Source: a virus
Lineage: Duplodnaviria; Heunggongvirae; Uroviricota; Caudoviricetes; Herelleviridae
Virus record (IMG/VR): IMGVR_UViG_2595698876_000001
Span: 67,428-131,427 of that record
Strand: one strand, 5' to 3'
DNA: 64,000 bases
The position numbers and the translations under genes were made by a program. The notes below the pieces were generated by a model. It did not search any database. It saw nothing but the letters and a program-made list of their open reading frames with translations, and was not told the DNA's origin. This document shows positions 38,222 through 46,681 of the stretch, in pieces (the first letter of the stretch is position 1; each line of letters begins with the position of its first letter).

Positions 38222-38418
38222 TTAAATTCTTTACGCAGCTATTTTGTCCACATGACTATGAAGGTGGGTATGAAACAATTGCATCAGTAAGAGATGGAAA
38301 CGACAATTTAGTAATTACAACAACTAGGTATAAGTGTAAGAAATGTGAAGATGTTATACATAAAGAAAAGATAGACAGAGTAGAAAAAGAATGGTATAAA
38401 CAAAAGGAGGAAGAATAA
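38218..38418 (+). CDS. small zinc-ribbon protein (66 aa, TTG start)
   Basis: CPHDYEG...CKKCEDV. RBS GAGGAGGATATATT. Confidence 0.45.
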   Translation: MIKFFTQLFCPHDYEGGYETIASVRDGNDNLVITTTRYKCKKCEDVIHKEKIDRVEKEWYKQKEEE

Positions 38419-38419
38419 A

Positions 38420-38686
38420 ATGCGTATTATCATAAACGAACCAGCTAAAGTTGAAAATTACCAAGTAGGTGATATTATTATCCTAAAGAGTGGTACATAT
38501 ACTATCACCAAAACTCCAGCGCAAGATGAATACTATCTTCTCTGCGATAATCATAAAGACTGGGCTAACGGCGCATGGAGTAGTATTAACGACATGATTA
38601 AGAACGTCAAAGGCAACCCGCACTTCAAACACTACTCTAAAGATTCGTTCCAGCTAAGACTTGTTAAAAAAATAAATAAACTTTAA
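38420..38686 (+). CDS. hypothetical protein (88 aa)
   Basis: ORF with RBS AAGGAGGAAGAATAAA. Confidence 0.5.
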   Translation: MRIIINEPAKVENYQVGDIIILKSGTYTITKTPAQDEYYLLCDNHKDWANGAWSSINDMIKNVKGNPHFKHYSKDSFQLRLVKKINKL

Positions 38687-38694
38687 AAAAGTAG

Positions 38695-38725
38695 TTGCAT
38701 TATTAATAGAATAGTGGTATTATAA
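38695..38725 (+). promoter_or_regulatory. sigma-A-type promoter: TTGCAT...TATTATAAT, embedded in nested inverted repeats
   Basis: ttgcattattaatagaatagtggtattataat. Confidence 0.45.
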
Positions 38726-38741
38726 TTAGAGAAGATGATAG

Positions 38742-39332
38742 TTGTCTTCTCTATTCTATTTAAAAGGAGGAGAATGCCGTTTGATAGACATCAATGTGGA
38801 CAACCTTGATTTTCAAAATTTACGTATAAAGGACGAGTCTGGACAAGAACTAATCTTCGATATGCGTAATGAATTAAAAATCAACGAGTCTATTTTGCAG
38901 CAGGAAATGTTGGAACAACCGTCGAAGTATATATACTGGTCTTCTTTACTAGAGAAGCTACGTTACTATCAAGAGATGGAAGATTTAAAGTTAGAAGTTG
39001 AATGGTCACGGTTAGATGGGGAAGCACGAGTACATATTACCGCACAAGGCGGAAAAGCAACGAAAGACCAAGTGGAAGCATACATAAAGCAACAAGAGTC
39101 GTATTTAAAACAGAAGAAAGTTTGCGTACACTATACTCATGTTATTGGGCGTTTGCAACGTATTGTGAAAGCGTTTGAGCAACGTAAAGACATGTTACAG
39201 TCGTATGGTAAACAAGTAGCTAACGACCTGTCGTATGGTCAAGGAGCAGGTAGTAAGTTTATGCAAGATGAACAAGCTTACTATAATTACACGCAACAAC
39301 AAGTCAATCCCCAGATAGGAAGGGGATACTAA
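38742..39332 (+). CDS. hypothetical protein (196 aa, TTG start)
   Basis: Downstream of a sigma-A-type promoter and a nested inverted repeat. ORF. Confidence 0.5.
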   Translation: MSSLFYLKGGECRLIDINVDNLDFQNLRIKDESGQELIFDMRNELKINESILQQEMLEQPSKYIYWSSLLEKLRYYQEMEDLKLEVEWSRLDGEARVHITAQGGKATKDQVEAYIKQQESYLKQKKVCVHYTHVIGRLQRIVKAFEQRKDMLQSYGKQVANDLSYGQGAGSKFMQDEQAYYNYTQQQVNPQIGRGY

Positions 39333-39514
39333 TGAAGACTCGTGAAGAGATTATGGTAGTGTTTAACGAGACTTTGGAGACAGATAAAGAAGTAAGAGAA
39401 GCGTGGAAAAATAGAGAAATTAGTTACGAGGATTACAAAAGTTACCTTACTCAAAATAGATGCTATCGATTAGCCCTTGAATGGGTTTTAGGAGAGGCTG
39501 ATAGATTCGACTAA
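39332..39514 (+). CDS. hypothetical protein (60 aa)
   Basis: ORF coupled to its neighbour (TAATGA). Confidence 0.45.
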   Translation: MKTREEIMVVFNETLETDKEVREAWKNREISYEDYKSYLTQNRCYRLALEWVLGEADRFD

Positions 39515-39542
39515 TAAATTTTCAGAAAATTCAAAAAATTAG

Positions 39543-39574
39543 TTGACATCCTATTCGTAACATGGTATTATAAT
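39543..39574 (+). promoter_or_regulatory. sigma-A-type promoter: TTGACA-17-TATTATAAT; about 120-nt leader before the SSB-like gene
   Basis: ttgacatcctattcgtaacatggtattataat. Confidence 0.6.
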
Positions 39575-39692
39575 AGAGTACCAGTTAAGAGAGGAGGACA
39601 AAGAAAGTGAAAGGTAGCAACGTCACTTAGTTTTTGGGAAGTACATAGAATACATAATAAAATTTAAAAACAATTAGGAGGAAAATACATAT

Positions 39693-40967
39693 ATGAATTT
39701 TGCTGATATTATTGCACAGGAACAGAAGAACCTAGAACAACAAGGTGGCGGTGACCATCCGAAGGTAGTTTACCCGGAGACAAAACATCAACGCTTGTTC
39801 TTCGAGAAAGGGCAAACGGAATTAATGATTCAATTATTACCATCTGGTGATTTAGTAAGCCCGTTCTTCGCGCATACTCGTAAGATTTTCCTAAGTGCTA
39901 AAACATCTAAAGGTAAAGAGTTAAATGTTAACTTCACTTTAGATAGCCAAGTAAACGAAGGTTCATTACTAGATAACAAGATTGCAGAGTGGACAGATAA
40001 AGGAATGATTCCTACGCCATTCGGTGGACAACAAAAACCTAAGAATCTTTACCTAGTAAACGTGGTTCGTGTATTCCCGCACCCGCAGAACCCACAACAA
40101 TTATACCAAGAGCGCGATGAGCATGGCAACCTAGTAGTTCGACTATTCGAAATGCCACAAACAGCGTTCAAAACGATTCTTAAGAATCTACAAGACCCAT
40201 TCTTATCTGGAGGACGTGAATTATCATTCATCGACCCTAACGGCGCATTCCCTATTAAAATCGCTAAACCAGCTAAAGGTCAAATGGAGTACCCAGTAAC
40301 AGTTTACCAAACAAACTTACCACCATTAGGGCAAGGGTGGGAAACACAGTTAGAAAACTTACCCGCACATGCGGTACCGACTGAGCGCTTAGAGAATGGT
40401 TACCAATGGGTAGAAACATTCATCAGCATCAAAGAAGGTAAACCACAAGGTCAGGCTCAACAACAGCCACAAGGACAAGCCATACAGCAAAATCCTTACG
40501 GACAACAAGCTAACCCTTATGGACAAGCTCCGGCTTTAGGACAGAATCCTTACGGACAGACAGCTAATACATACCAAGCACCGCCAGCAGCTAATACATA
40601 TGCACAACAAAATCCATACCAAGCACCACCAGCAGCACCTAACTATGGTCAACCAGCAGGTAATGGATACCAAGCACCACCAGCGTATCAACCACCTGCA
40701 TACCAGCCACCAGCAGAGCCTAACATTCAGTTACCATCAGGCATGAATGAACCAGACCCGTTTGACATCGGAGTATCTACTGATTTGTCACAAAATGGCG
40801 GAGTGGGCGCACCAGTAACAACAGCACCTCCAGCTCCACCAGCACAACAACCAGTAGGTACGGTACAACAGACAGCCCCACAAGGGCAACCTGACTTAAC
40901 TAAAGTAGCTACAAACGATGCGGGATTCCCTGATATCGACGCTATGATTGCTGATGAGCTTAAGTAA
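39693..40967 (+). CDS. putative single-stranded DNA-binding protein with a Q/P/Y/G-rich disordered linker and acidic C-terminal tip
   Basis: A globular N-terminal region of about 250 aa is followed by about 130 aa of degenerate NPYGQ/QAPPA repeats and ends in ...GFPDIDAMIADELK, which is SSB-like domain organisation. Sits in the recombination neighbourhood, upstream of the RecA-like gene. RBS TTAGGAGGAAAATACAT. Confidence 0.4.
   Translation: MNFADIIAQEQKNLEQQGGGDHPKVVYPETKHQRLFFEKGQTELMIQLLPSGDLVSPFFAHTRKIFLSAKTSKGKELNVNFTLDSQVNEGSLLDNKIAEWTDKGMIPTPFGGQQKPKNLYLVNVVRVFPHPQNPQQLYQERDEHGNLVVRLFEMPQTAFKTILKNLQDPFLSGGRELSFIDPNGAFPIKIAKPAKGQMEYPVTVYQTNLPPLGQGWETQLENLPAHAVPTERLENGYQWVETFISIKEGKPQGQAQQQPQGQAIQQNPYGQQANPYGQAPALGQNPYGQTANTYQAPPAANTYAQQNPYQAPPAAPNYGQPAGNGYQAPPAYQPPAYQPPAEPNIQLPSGMNEPDPFDIGVSTDLSQNGGVGAPVTTAPPAPPAQQPVGTVQQTAPQGQPDLTKVATNDAGFPDIDAMIADELK
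40480..40720 (+). repeat. degenerate tandem repeats encoding NPYGQ/QAPPA units within the SSB-like gene
   Basis: aatccttacggacaacaagct / aacccttatggacaagctccg / aatccttacggacagacagct and similar units. Confidence 0.5.
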
Positions 40968-40976
40968 GATGTAAGT

Positions 40977-41005
40977 CCTACCCTCCGGGGTAGGTTATCT
41001 TTATT
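40977..41005 (+). terminator. rho-independent terminator after the SSB-like gene
   Basis: CCTACCC-tccg-GGGTAGG followed by TTATCTTTATT. Confidence 0.6.
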
Positions 41006-41023
41006 AAAAATAGGAGGTAAATA

Positions 41024-41395
41024 ATGACTAATTATATGAAATTAGAACACGAATTACTAGATGGTGAGTATACAGAGGTATGGTGTGATGAACCAAAACC
41101 AGATTATGTCCATCACGCACCACATAAGTTCCAAGTAGTTGCTACAGAAGACCGTGACACATTAGCTCTTATCCGATTCCAAGAAGGGGCAATTAAAGAA
41201 CACGGTGTAAACGGTGTCACAAACGAAGATTTAATTCTTATGATTATGAAACGTTTAGAATGCTTCCAAGAAACGAAGTATGCTTGTCACGATAATGAAG
41301 AAGCTTTAAATGGCTTACATAAAGCGTTGTACCATTTAACAGCTCGTACACGCGAACGTAAAGCTAGAGGCGTTGAAGGAACGCATAAGGTATGA
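41024..41395 (+). CDS. hypothetical protein (123 aa)
   Basis: ORF with RBS ATAGGAGGTAAATA. Confidence 0.5.
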   Translation: MTNYMKLEHELLDGEYTEVWCDEPKPDYVHHAPHKFQVVATEDRDTLALIRFQEGAIKEHGVNGVTNEDLILMIMKRLECFQETKYACHDNEEALNGLHKALYHLTARTRERKARGVEGTHKV

Positions 41396-41685
41396 AGATA
41401 CCTGTCATAACTGTCGGGGAGTTACAAGACTTTTTGGAGGGTTTTGATAGAGATAAAGAAGTGCTATTAAGTGTTGACGAGTTCATGGGAGAACAGATAT
41501 GGACTTACCACATGCATCGTATCGTCGGAGATAGACCGCTAATATGTGGGTTATCAACTAAGTTTAAAGAGTACATAGAAAAACCAGCTAGTGACCCAAC
41601 AAAGATGATTAACATTCCTACACTAGCGTATGATTACCGCACACCAGATTGGGTAGTGGGTATCGATAAAGGGGAAAGTAAGTAG
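41392..41685 (+). CDS. hypothetical protein (97 aa)
   Basis: ORF coupled to its neighbour (ATGA). Confidence 0.5.
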   Translation: MKIPVITVGELQDFLEGFDRDKEVLLSVDEFMGEQIWTYHMHRIVGDRPLICGLSTKFKEYIEKPASDPTKMINIPTLAYDYRTPDWVVGIDKGESK

Positions 41686-41708
41686 TACATAGGAGGAATT
41701 ATTAATAT

Positions 41709-42911
41709 ATGGCAAAAAAACAAACTAAAGTATCAGCAGCTCCACTAGACTTAGACTTATCTATTTTAGCAGACGAGAGTATGGGATTAGTACTTTTACA
41801 AGATTCTGATTATGCAGAAGTACTAGATAGATTACCATTATTCTTACCGCGCATCGATAAAATTTTAGGTGGAGGATTACCTTTTGGTCGTATGATTGAG
41901 GTTGCAGGTGTACCATCTGGTGGTAAGTCTACATTTACCCATCACGTATTACGCGTAGCTTCTCTACTAGGTTGCATTTGTGTACTGATTGACGTAGAGG
42001 GTACGAGCGATAAGCAACGTCTAGCATCACTAGGTATTGATATTTCTAAAGTACTAGTTAAGCAGCCTGACTTAAGCAAAGGTCGCGCATTAACAGTTGA
42101 AGAAGTAGGTTCTACTATCGAACAGACTTTAGAAATCTTCAAAGCGAAATACCCGAACACGCCTGTTGTTTATGTATGGGATTCTGTAGGACAAACTCCT
42201 TCGGATGTAGAGTTAGATAAAGACTTCGGTGAACAGAACGTCGGCGCAAGAGCGAAAGCGATTACACAGTTCGTAACAAAAGTAACACCAATGATTTCGC
42301 ACAGTAAATCTTTATTCGTAGGTATCAACCAAGTACGTGACGATATCGGTGGAAATCCAATGTTCAAACAGTACAAAGTACCGGGCGGTAAAGCTTGGGA
42401 ACATGCTGCAACATTACGATTAGAGATTAAAAAGAAATCAGCTATCAAAAAAGGTTCTGGAGCTACAGCAGAACACTTAGGGCATACAATGGGTGTTAAA
42501 ACTCGTAAGTCTAAAGTATCTCCACCATTACAAGAAGCAGAAGCAGCGTTACTATCACTTACGGGTATTGACTACGAATACAACATTGCTAAGATGTCAG
42601 AAGATGAAAAGATTCTAGGAACTACTGGACAAAGTTATGAGTACACAGATGCTACAGGTGAGTATCACAAAATGAAGAAAGAGAACTTCATTGAATGGCT
42701 ACGAGAAGACGGGTCTTATGTTCGTCAAGAACTATTAAACAAGTTAATCGTAGCTTCTTATGGTGACGCTCCGTATCCGGCATTAAATAACGCAACATTA
42801 TCGATTGATGGTTGGATTGACCAAGTAGAAGAGGTAACACCAGAAATCGAATTACATAAGGAACCAGTTAAAAGCGAAGACGACTTAGTAAATGAGGTTT
42901 TAAAAGGTTAG
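41709..42911 (+). CDS. RecA/UvsX-like recombinase
   Basis: RecA-fold core with Walker A GVPSGGKST, Walker B-like CVLIDVEG, and a C-terminal extension. RBS ATAGGAGGAATTATT. Confidence 0.7.
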   Translation: MAKKQTKVSAAPLDLDLSILADESMGLVLLQDSDYAEVLDRLPLFLPRIDKILGGGLPFGRMIEVAGVPSGGKSTFTHHVLRVASLLGCICVLIDVEGTSDKQRLASLGIDISKVLVKQPDLSKGRALTVEEVGSTIEQTLEIFKAKYPNTPVVYVWDSVGQTPSDVELDKDFGEQNVGARAKAITQFVTKVTPMISHSKSLFVGINQVRDDIGGNPMFKQYKVPGGKAWEHAATLRLEIKKKSAIKKGSGATAEHLGHTMGVKTRKSKVSPPLQEAEAALLSLTGIDYEYNIAKMSEDEKILGTTGQSYEYTDATGEYHKMKKENFIEWLREDGSYVRQELLNKLIVASYGDAPYPALNNATLSIDGWIDQVEEVTPEIELHKEPVKSEDDLVNEVLKG

Positions 42912-42967
42912 GGTAATCCCCTTTCCTTTTTCTCTATTACGCTCGTACATCAGAGGGAGGAATTTAT

Positions 42968-43324
42968 TTGGCACAATGGAAAGAAACTAGAACGGATATT
43001 ATTTCCGGGACACTAGATTGTTATAGAGAGAGAACGATTACTGATGACTCGTCTACACCATTATCATATACACTAATCCGTGAGAAGATTCGTAATATTA
43101 TCAAAAAGGATAAAAAAGTATTATTAGAGATTAAAGATTCCTATAGTACACAGACAGTTGTTATCCAGTTTGAAAAAGCATATGACCGCTGGGCAATGGG
43201 AACTTCTATTTGCTACTTCGAAGGTGAGGAGCTACGCGTCCCTTACACAGTCCACTATTCTGATATCCTCTGTAAAAAGATTGGTGTAAAAACCATTATG
43301 GAGGGGATGAATCCTATTGGTTAG
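42968..43324 (+). CDS. hypothetical protein (118 aa, TTG start; alternative ATG at 42977)
   Basis: ORF with RBS CAGAGGGAGGAATTTAT. Confidence 0.45.
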   Translation: MAQWKETRTDIISGTLDCYRERTITDDSSTPLSYTLIREKIRNIIKKDKKVLLEIKDSYSTQTVVIQFEKAYDRWAMGTSICYFEGEELRVPYTVHYSDILCKKIGVKTIMEGMNPIG

Positions 43325-43952
43325 AAACGTAGAAAAAGAAAAGGACATTATGCTAAATGGAAATAGGTTTTTAACGAACACAGACGCTCATACAGGTGTT
43401 TTTTTACGAGATGTAGATAAACTATTCGTACAATATAAAAACCTCCGTATGAGCGTGTATAACCAGTATAAAGGCTACTTGCCGGATGCCGCTACTCGTG
43501 CAGAGTTATGGAGCTATATTTCTGAACAGTTTGTAAGACTTGTGAAAGAGTACGAGATTAATGGTGCTGTAGACTTCCCGGGGTACATCCTAAAGAAGCT
43601 CACACTACGAGTAAAGAACAGTTTCATCAAAGGTAACTATCGTGATAGAAATCGTGTATTCGTTACCAAGAATGAAGTTGACGTTACGAACCTTCTAGAA
43701 CGTGTGGAAGTGTCTGATACAGAATTAGATTACTATGAGACACTAGAGTACGTTTTACAAGGCGTGTCCTTCGATGAGATGGAGAAAGACATCTTGTACT
43801 TATTAATACAAGAACATAAAGATACCTACATAGAACAAACATTACGAGCGAAGTACAGTAAGCAAGGAATAACAGTTACGATTATCCGGGAGAAAATAGC
43901 GGATGTACAGGAGTTCGTAAAACTAAAACTAGAAGCTGCATTGGAGGGTTAG
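43317..43952 (+). CDS. phage sigma-factor-like protein (sigma-70 region 2-like), candidate middle/late transcription factor
   Basis: ELWSYISEQFVRLVKEYEINGAVDFPGYILKKLTLRVKNSFIK resembles the sigma region 2 helix arrangement. Size (211 aa) is comparable to SPO1 gp28/gp34. Weak. Confidence 0.35.
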   Translation: MVRNVEKEKDIMLNGNRFLTNTDAHTGVFLRDVDKLFVQYKNLRMSVYNQYKGYLPDAATRAELWSYISEQFVRLVKEYEINGAVDFPGYILKKLTLRVKNSFIKGNYRDRNRVFVTKNEVDVTNLLERVEVSDTELDYYETLEYVLQGVSFDEMEKDILYLLIQEHKDTYIEQTLRAKYSKQGITVTIIREKIADVQEFVKLKLEAALEG

Positions 43953-43953
43953 T

Positions 43954-44100
43954 ATGAAAGTAGAGCTAAAGTTATCTATGGATGAGTACCCAGACCTTAG
44001 TAACCAGAACAAAGCAGACTTGTTACAAGAGATTATCGAGCATATGAATCATACATACTCATTAGGTATGTCGGTTATGGTGATTGAATCAGAAGAATAA
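43954..44100 (+). CDS. small hypothetical protein (48 aa)
   Basis: ATG 2 nt after the preceding stop, with RBS GGAGGGTTAGT. Not in the ORF track. Confidence 0.3.
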   Translation: MKVELKLSMDEYPDLSNQNKADLLQEIIEHMNHTYSLGMSVMVIESEE

Positions 44101-44135
44101 ACAGTACTTTGTGCTATAGAGAGGTGAAATGGTAG

Positions 44136-44780
44136 TTGGCAAGATATAAAGACTTAACAGGGCATACTACCGATAGACTTACCGTAGTTAAATACACAGG
44201 TAAAAATGAAAAGGGAGAACACACTTGGGAGTGTTCTTGCTCCTGTGGAAACACTAGAGTACTTCCTGCGAAATATGCAAATAGGTACAAAAGTTGCGGA
44301 TGCTTACTACAGTGTAACAATAAAAATAAGTACACAGGTACAAAATTATATGCTGTATGGAGTAACATGAAAACTCGCGTACTAAACCCTAAACATCCGC
44401 AGTACAAGGACTACGGAGGTAGAGGAATAAAAATATGCGATGACTGGTTAAATGAAGATAGCGGCTCCACTAACTTCTGTAAGTGGGCGGAGAGTAATGG
44501 TTATGAAGAAGGGTTAACACTTGATAGAATAGATGTTGATGGTAATTATGAACCTAGTAACTGTACATGGAGTACTATGCAAGAACAATGTTTCAATAGA
44601 CGTAGTAATGTTAAGTATACGTTGAACGGTGAAACGAAAACCGCTACAGAGTGGTCTAGGTTACTAGGAGGAAGTAAAGACTTAGTAGGTGTTAGGATTA
44701 AAAAAGGTTGGTCTGTTGAACGAGCTATAACGGAGCCTGTCCATAGAGAGAACCAACGTAAAACCACCACTGAAAAGTGA
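44136..44780 (+). CDS. free-standing HNH homing endonuclease (phage HNH_3/NUMOD-type)
   Basis: Signature shared with known Bacillus-phage HNH endonucleases: GHTTDRLTVVKYTG...WECSCSCGN...YAVWSNMKTRVLNPKHPQYKDYGGRGIKICDDW...F..W. Paralogue of 50802..51587. Confidence 0.7.
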   Translation: MARYKDLTGHTTDRLTVVKYTGKNEKGEHTWECSCSCGNTRVLPAKYANRYKSCGCLLQCNNKNKYTGTKLYAVWSNMKTRVLNPKHPQYKDYGGRGIKICDDWLNEDSGSTNFCKWAESNGYEEGLTLDRIDVDGNYEPSNCTWSTMQEQCFNRRSNVKYTLNGETKTATEWSRLLGGSKDLVGVRIKKGWSVERAITEPVHRENQRKTTTEK

Positions 44781-44830
44781 GTCAAAGTGTTATATTAGTA
44801 CTGTGATAACTAAGGAGAGGTGAATAGTAA

Positions 44831-45130
44831 ATGGAAAATCAAGATAAACACGAAGTATTTGTACCACAGGAGGCACCACCAATCGCACCGGGTACTATTG
44901 TGCGCTTTATTGTGTTCTTAGTGGCGTTAGTAAATGCGGGGGCTGCTATGTTCGGACATGAGCTAGGTTTAAAAGTAGACCAGAACACATTGTATGATGT
45001 ATTATCTGCATTATTCTTAATGGGTTCAAGCTTACATATGGCATGGAAGAACAACAATATTACTAAACAAGCTCGTATCAAGGCACACGCTACCGAGCAA
45101 ATTACACTAGATAAAAAAGGAGACAAGTAA
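44831..45130 (+). CDS. small membrane protein (2 TM helices; function unknown)
   Basis: Hydrophobic helices IVRFIVFLVALVNAGAAMF and LYDVLSALFLMGSSLHMAW. RBS AAGGAGAGGTGAATAG. Confidence 0.5.
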   Translation: MENQDKHEVFVPQEAPPIAPGTIVRFIVFLVALVNAGAAMFGHELGLKVDQNTLYDVLSALFLMGSSLHMAWKNNNITKQARIKAHATEQITLDKKGDK

Positions 45131-45132
45131 TT

Positions 45133-45603
45133 ATGGCAAAGAAATTAGCAGACGTATTAAAATTAGCAACAGTAAAATTGAATCCGGGGGACTTCTTAGC
45201 GACAGTATCTCGTTCAGAAGGTTACCTACCATCTCGTAAGGACACTATCTCGTTAGCACTAGGTAAATACTTATTCAAAGTAGTTGACAAAGACGGTGCG
45301 CGTTTAATCGTTCCGATGAAGTTAGCTCCAGATAATAAGAGTCTTGTAGAAGTTTTAGACCGCCCTGTTATCGTAGCGAAAGGCACAGAACTTACATACA
45401 CAGTAGGACGTAACCACCCAACATTCCGTGACGGTTATCAAGGTCGTGGATTCGAAAAGGTTAAAGGTATCGCTGCTGACAAAATGGATAAAGAAATCGT
45501 GCTTGCATTCATTGAGTTCGCTAACACAGAGTTCTCATTAGGTGTAAACGACTTCCGACTAGGTGGAGACGAGTTACTAGATGTTGGCGTTGTAACTCCA
45601 TAA
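45133..45603 (+). CDS. hypothetical protein (156 aa)
   Basis: ORF followed by a terminator. No motif recognised. Confidence 0.55.
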   Translation: MAKKLADVLKLATVKLNPGDFLATVSRSEGYLPSRKDTISLALGKYLFKVVDKDGARLIVPMKLAPDNKSLVEVLDRPVIVAKGTELTYTVGRNHPTFRDGYQGRGFEKVKGIAADKMDKEIVLAFIEFANTEFSLGVNDFRLGGDELLDVGVVTP

Positions 45604-45622
45604 GTGAATAAATAACAAAGAG

Positions 45623-45651
45623 TAGAAGGTGTAAAAACCTTCTATTTTTTT
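45623..45651 (+). terminator. rho-independent terminator
   Basis: TAGAAGG-tgtaaaaa-CCTTCTA followed by TTTTTTT. Confidence 0.7.
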
Positions 45652-45664
45652 ATGCAAAAAACTA

Positions 45665-45693
45665 TTGACTATTAGTAGATTAACTGGTAGAAT
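45665..45693 (+). promoter_or_regulatory. sigma-A-type promoter: TTGACT-17-TAGAAT
   Basis: ttgactattagtagattaactggtagaat. Confidence 0.55.
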
Positions 45694-45723
45694 ATTCTTA
45701 TGATGAAGAAAGGAGGAGTATGT

Positions 45724-46668
45724 TTGGAGAAAGAAATCTTAAAAGTGTTTGTTCCACCATCATTTGAAGGAGTCACAGGTGTAGCGGTTCTAGAAGAATT
45801 ATTTCTGAACAGCAATATCGATGTGGAGGTGGAATATACAAAATCTCTCGACTTCCGAGATGTTAGTAGATTTAGAGGGTACAACAACATTATTGTACTA
45901 GGTATTTCGTATATGGGTGGAAATTTACCAGTAGAATTTACTATCGAACTAAACAACCCGTTTACGAACTTCATTCATGTAGCTACATATGGTGAAGAAC
46001 TACCGGGCGAACATATTATATCAAGAGTGGTAGAAGACAAAGACCCGATTCTAGATGTCTACGAAATTCTACAGACGAGTAATATGTTCCCGTACATAGC
46101 GTATGAGGGAGATTGGGAATCAGGGAAAGCGAAACAGTTAGCTTTAGTAGCTAATAAATACCGTACTTGGGCATGGTATGATGATAAGGTAACAAAGTAC
46201 TTACTAGCTATGTACAATGCAATGGGTAAATACATGCCTACCGCACTAGAAGGTAAGACAATACAACAAGCGGTAACAGAGAATAAGTGCGTAATAGCCG
46301 GGCAATTAATGGCTATGTCAGAATACATAAAAGATAAAATTGAACAAACAAAGACAGCAGATGTCGTAATTAACAATGTACCTTGTAAGTTAAATGTTGT
46401 CTTTGCGGACAGATACATAAATGAAATTGCAAATAGATTACTAGAAGTTGGTTATCAAGAAGCACCTACGGTTGTATGTGTAGGACGAGCTACGAAAGGT
46501 ACTGATATGTTCTCTGTACGTACTAAAGGCGTAGATGCTAGAGAGTTCATCAAAGGTGTTAGCGGAAAAGCTACAGGTAAAGAGAATGTAGGAAGTCTAT
46601 TTGTACAAATTAACTATGCAGAATTGATGAAAAACTCGATGGTTACATTACTCAACGGTGATATTTAA
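45724..46668 (+). CDS. hypothetical protein (about 314 aa; TTG 45724 with RBS AAAGGAGGAG preferred over track start 45700)
   Basis: ORF downstream of a sigma-A-type promoter. Confidence 0.5.
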   Translation: MEKEILKVFVPPSFEGVTGVAVLEELFLNSNIDVEVEYTKSLDFRDVSRFRGYNNIIVLGISYMGGNLPVEFTIELNNPFTNFIHVATYGEELPGEHIISRVVEDKDPILDVYEILQTSNMFPYIAYEGDWESGKAKQLALVANKYRTWAWYDDKVTKYLLAMYNAMGKYMPTALEGKTIQQAVTENKCVIAGQLMAMSEYIKDKIEQTKTADVVINNVPCKLNVVFADRYINEIANRLLEVGYQEAPTVVCVGRATKGTDMFSVRTKGVDAREFIKGVSGKATGKENVGSLFVQINYAELMKNSMVTLLNGDI

Positions 46669-46681
46669 AGGAGGAAACAAT

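Noticed and set aside
39515-39540. Inverted repeat AAATTTTC-AG-GAAAATT after the gene ending 39514, as a possible terminator
   Set aside because: The loop of 2 nt is too small and there is no downstream T-run. More likely incidental or a protein-binding palindrome next to the promoter at 39543.
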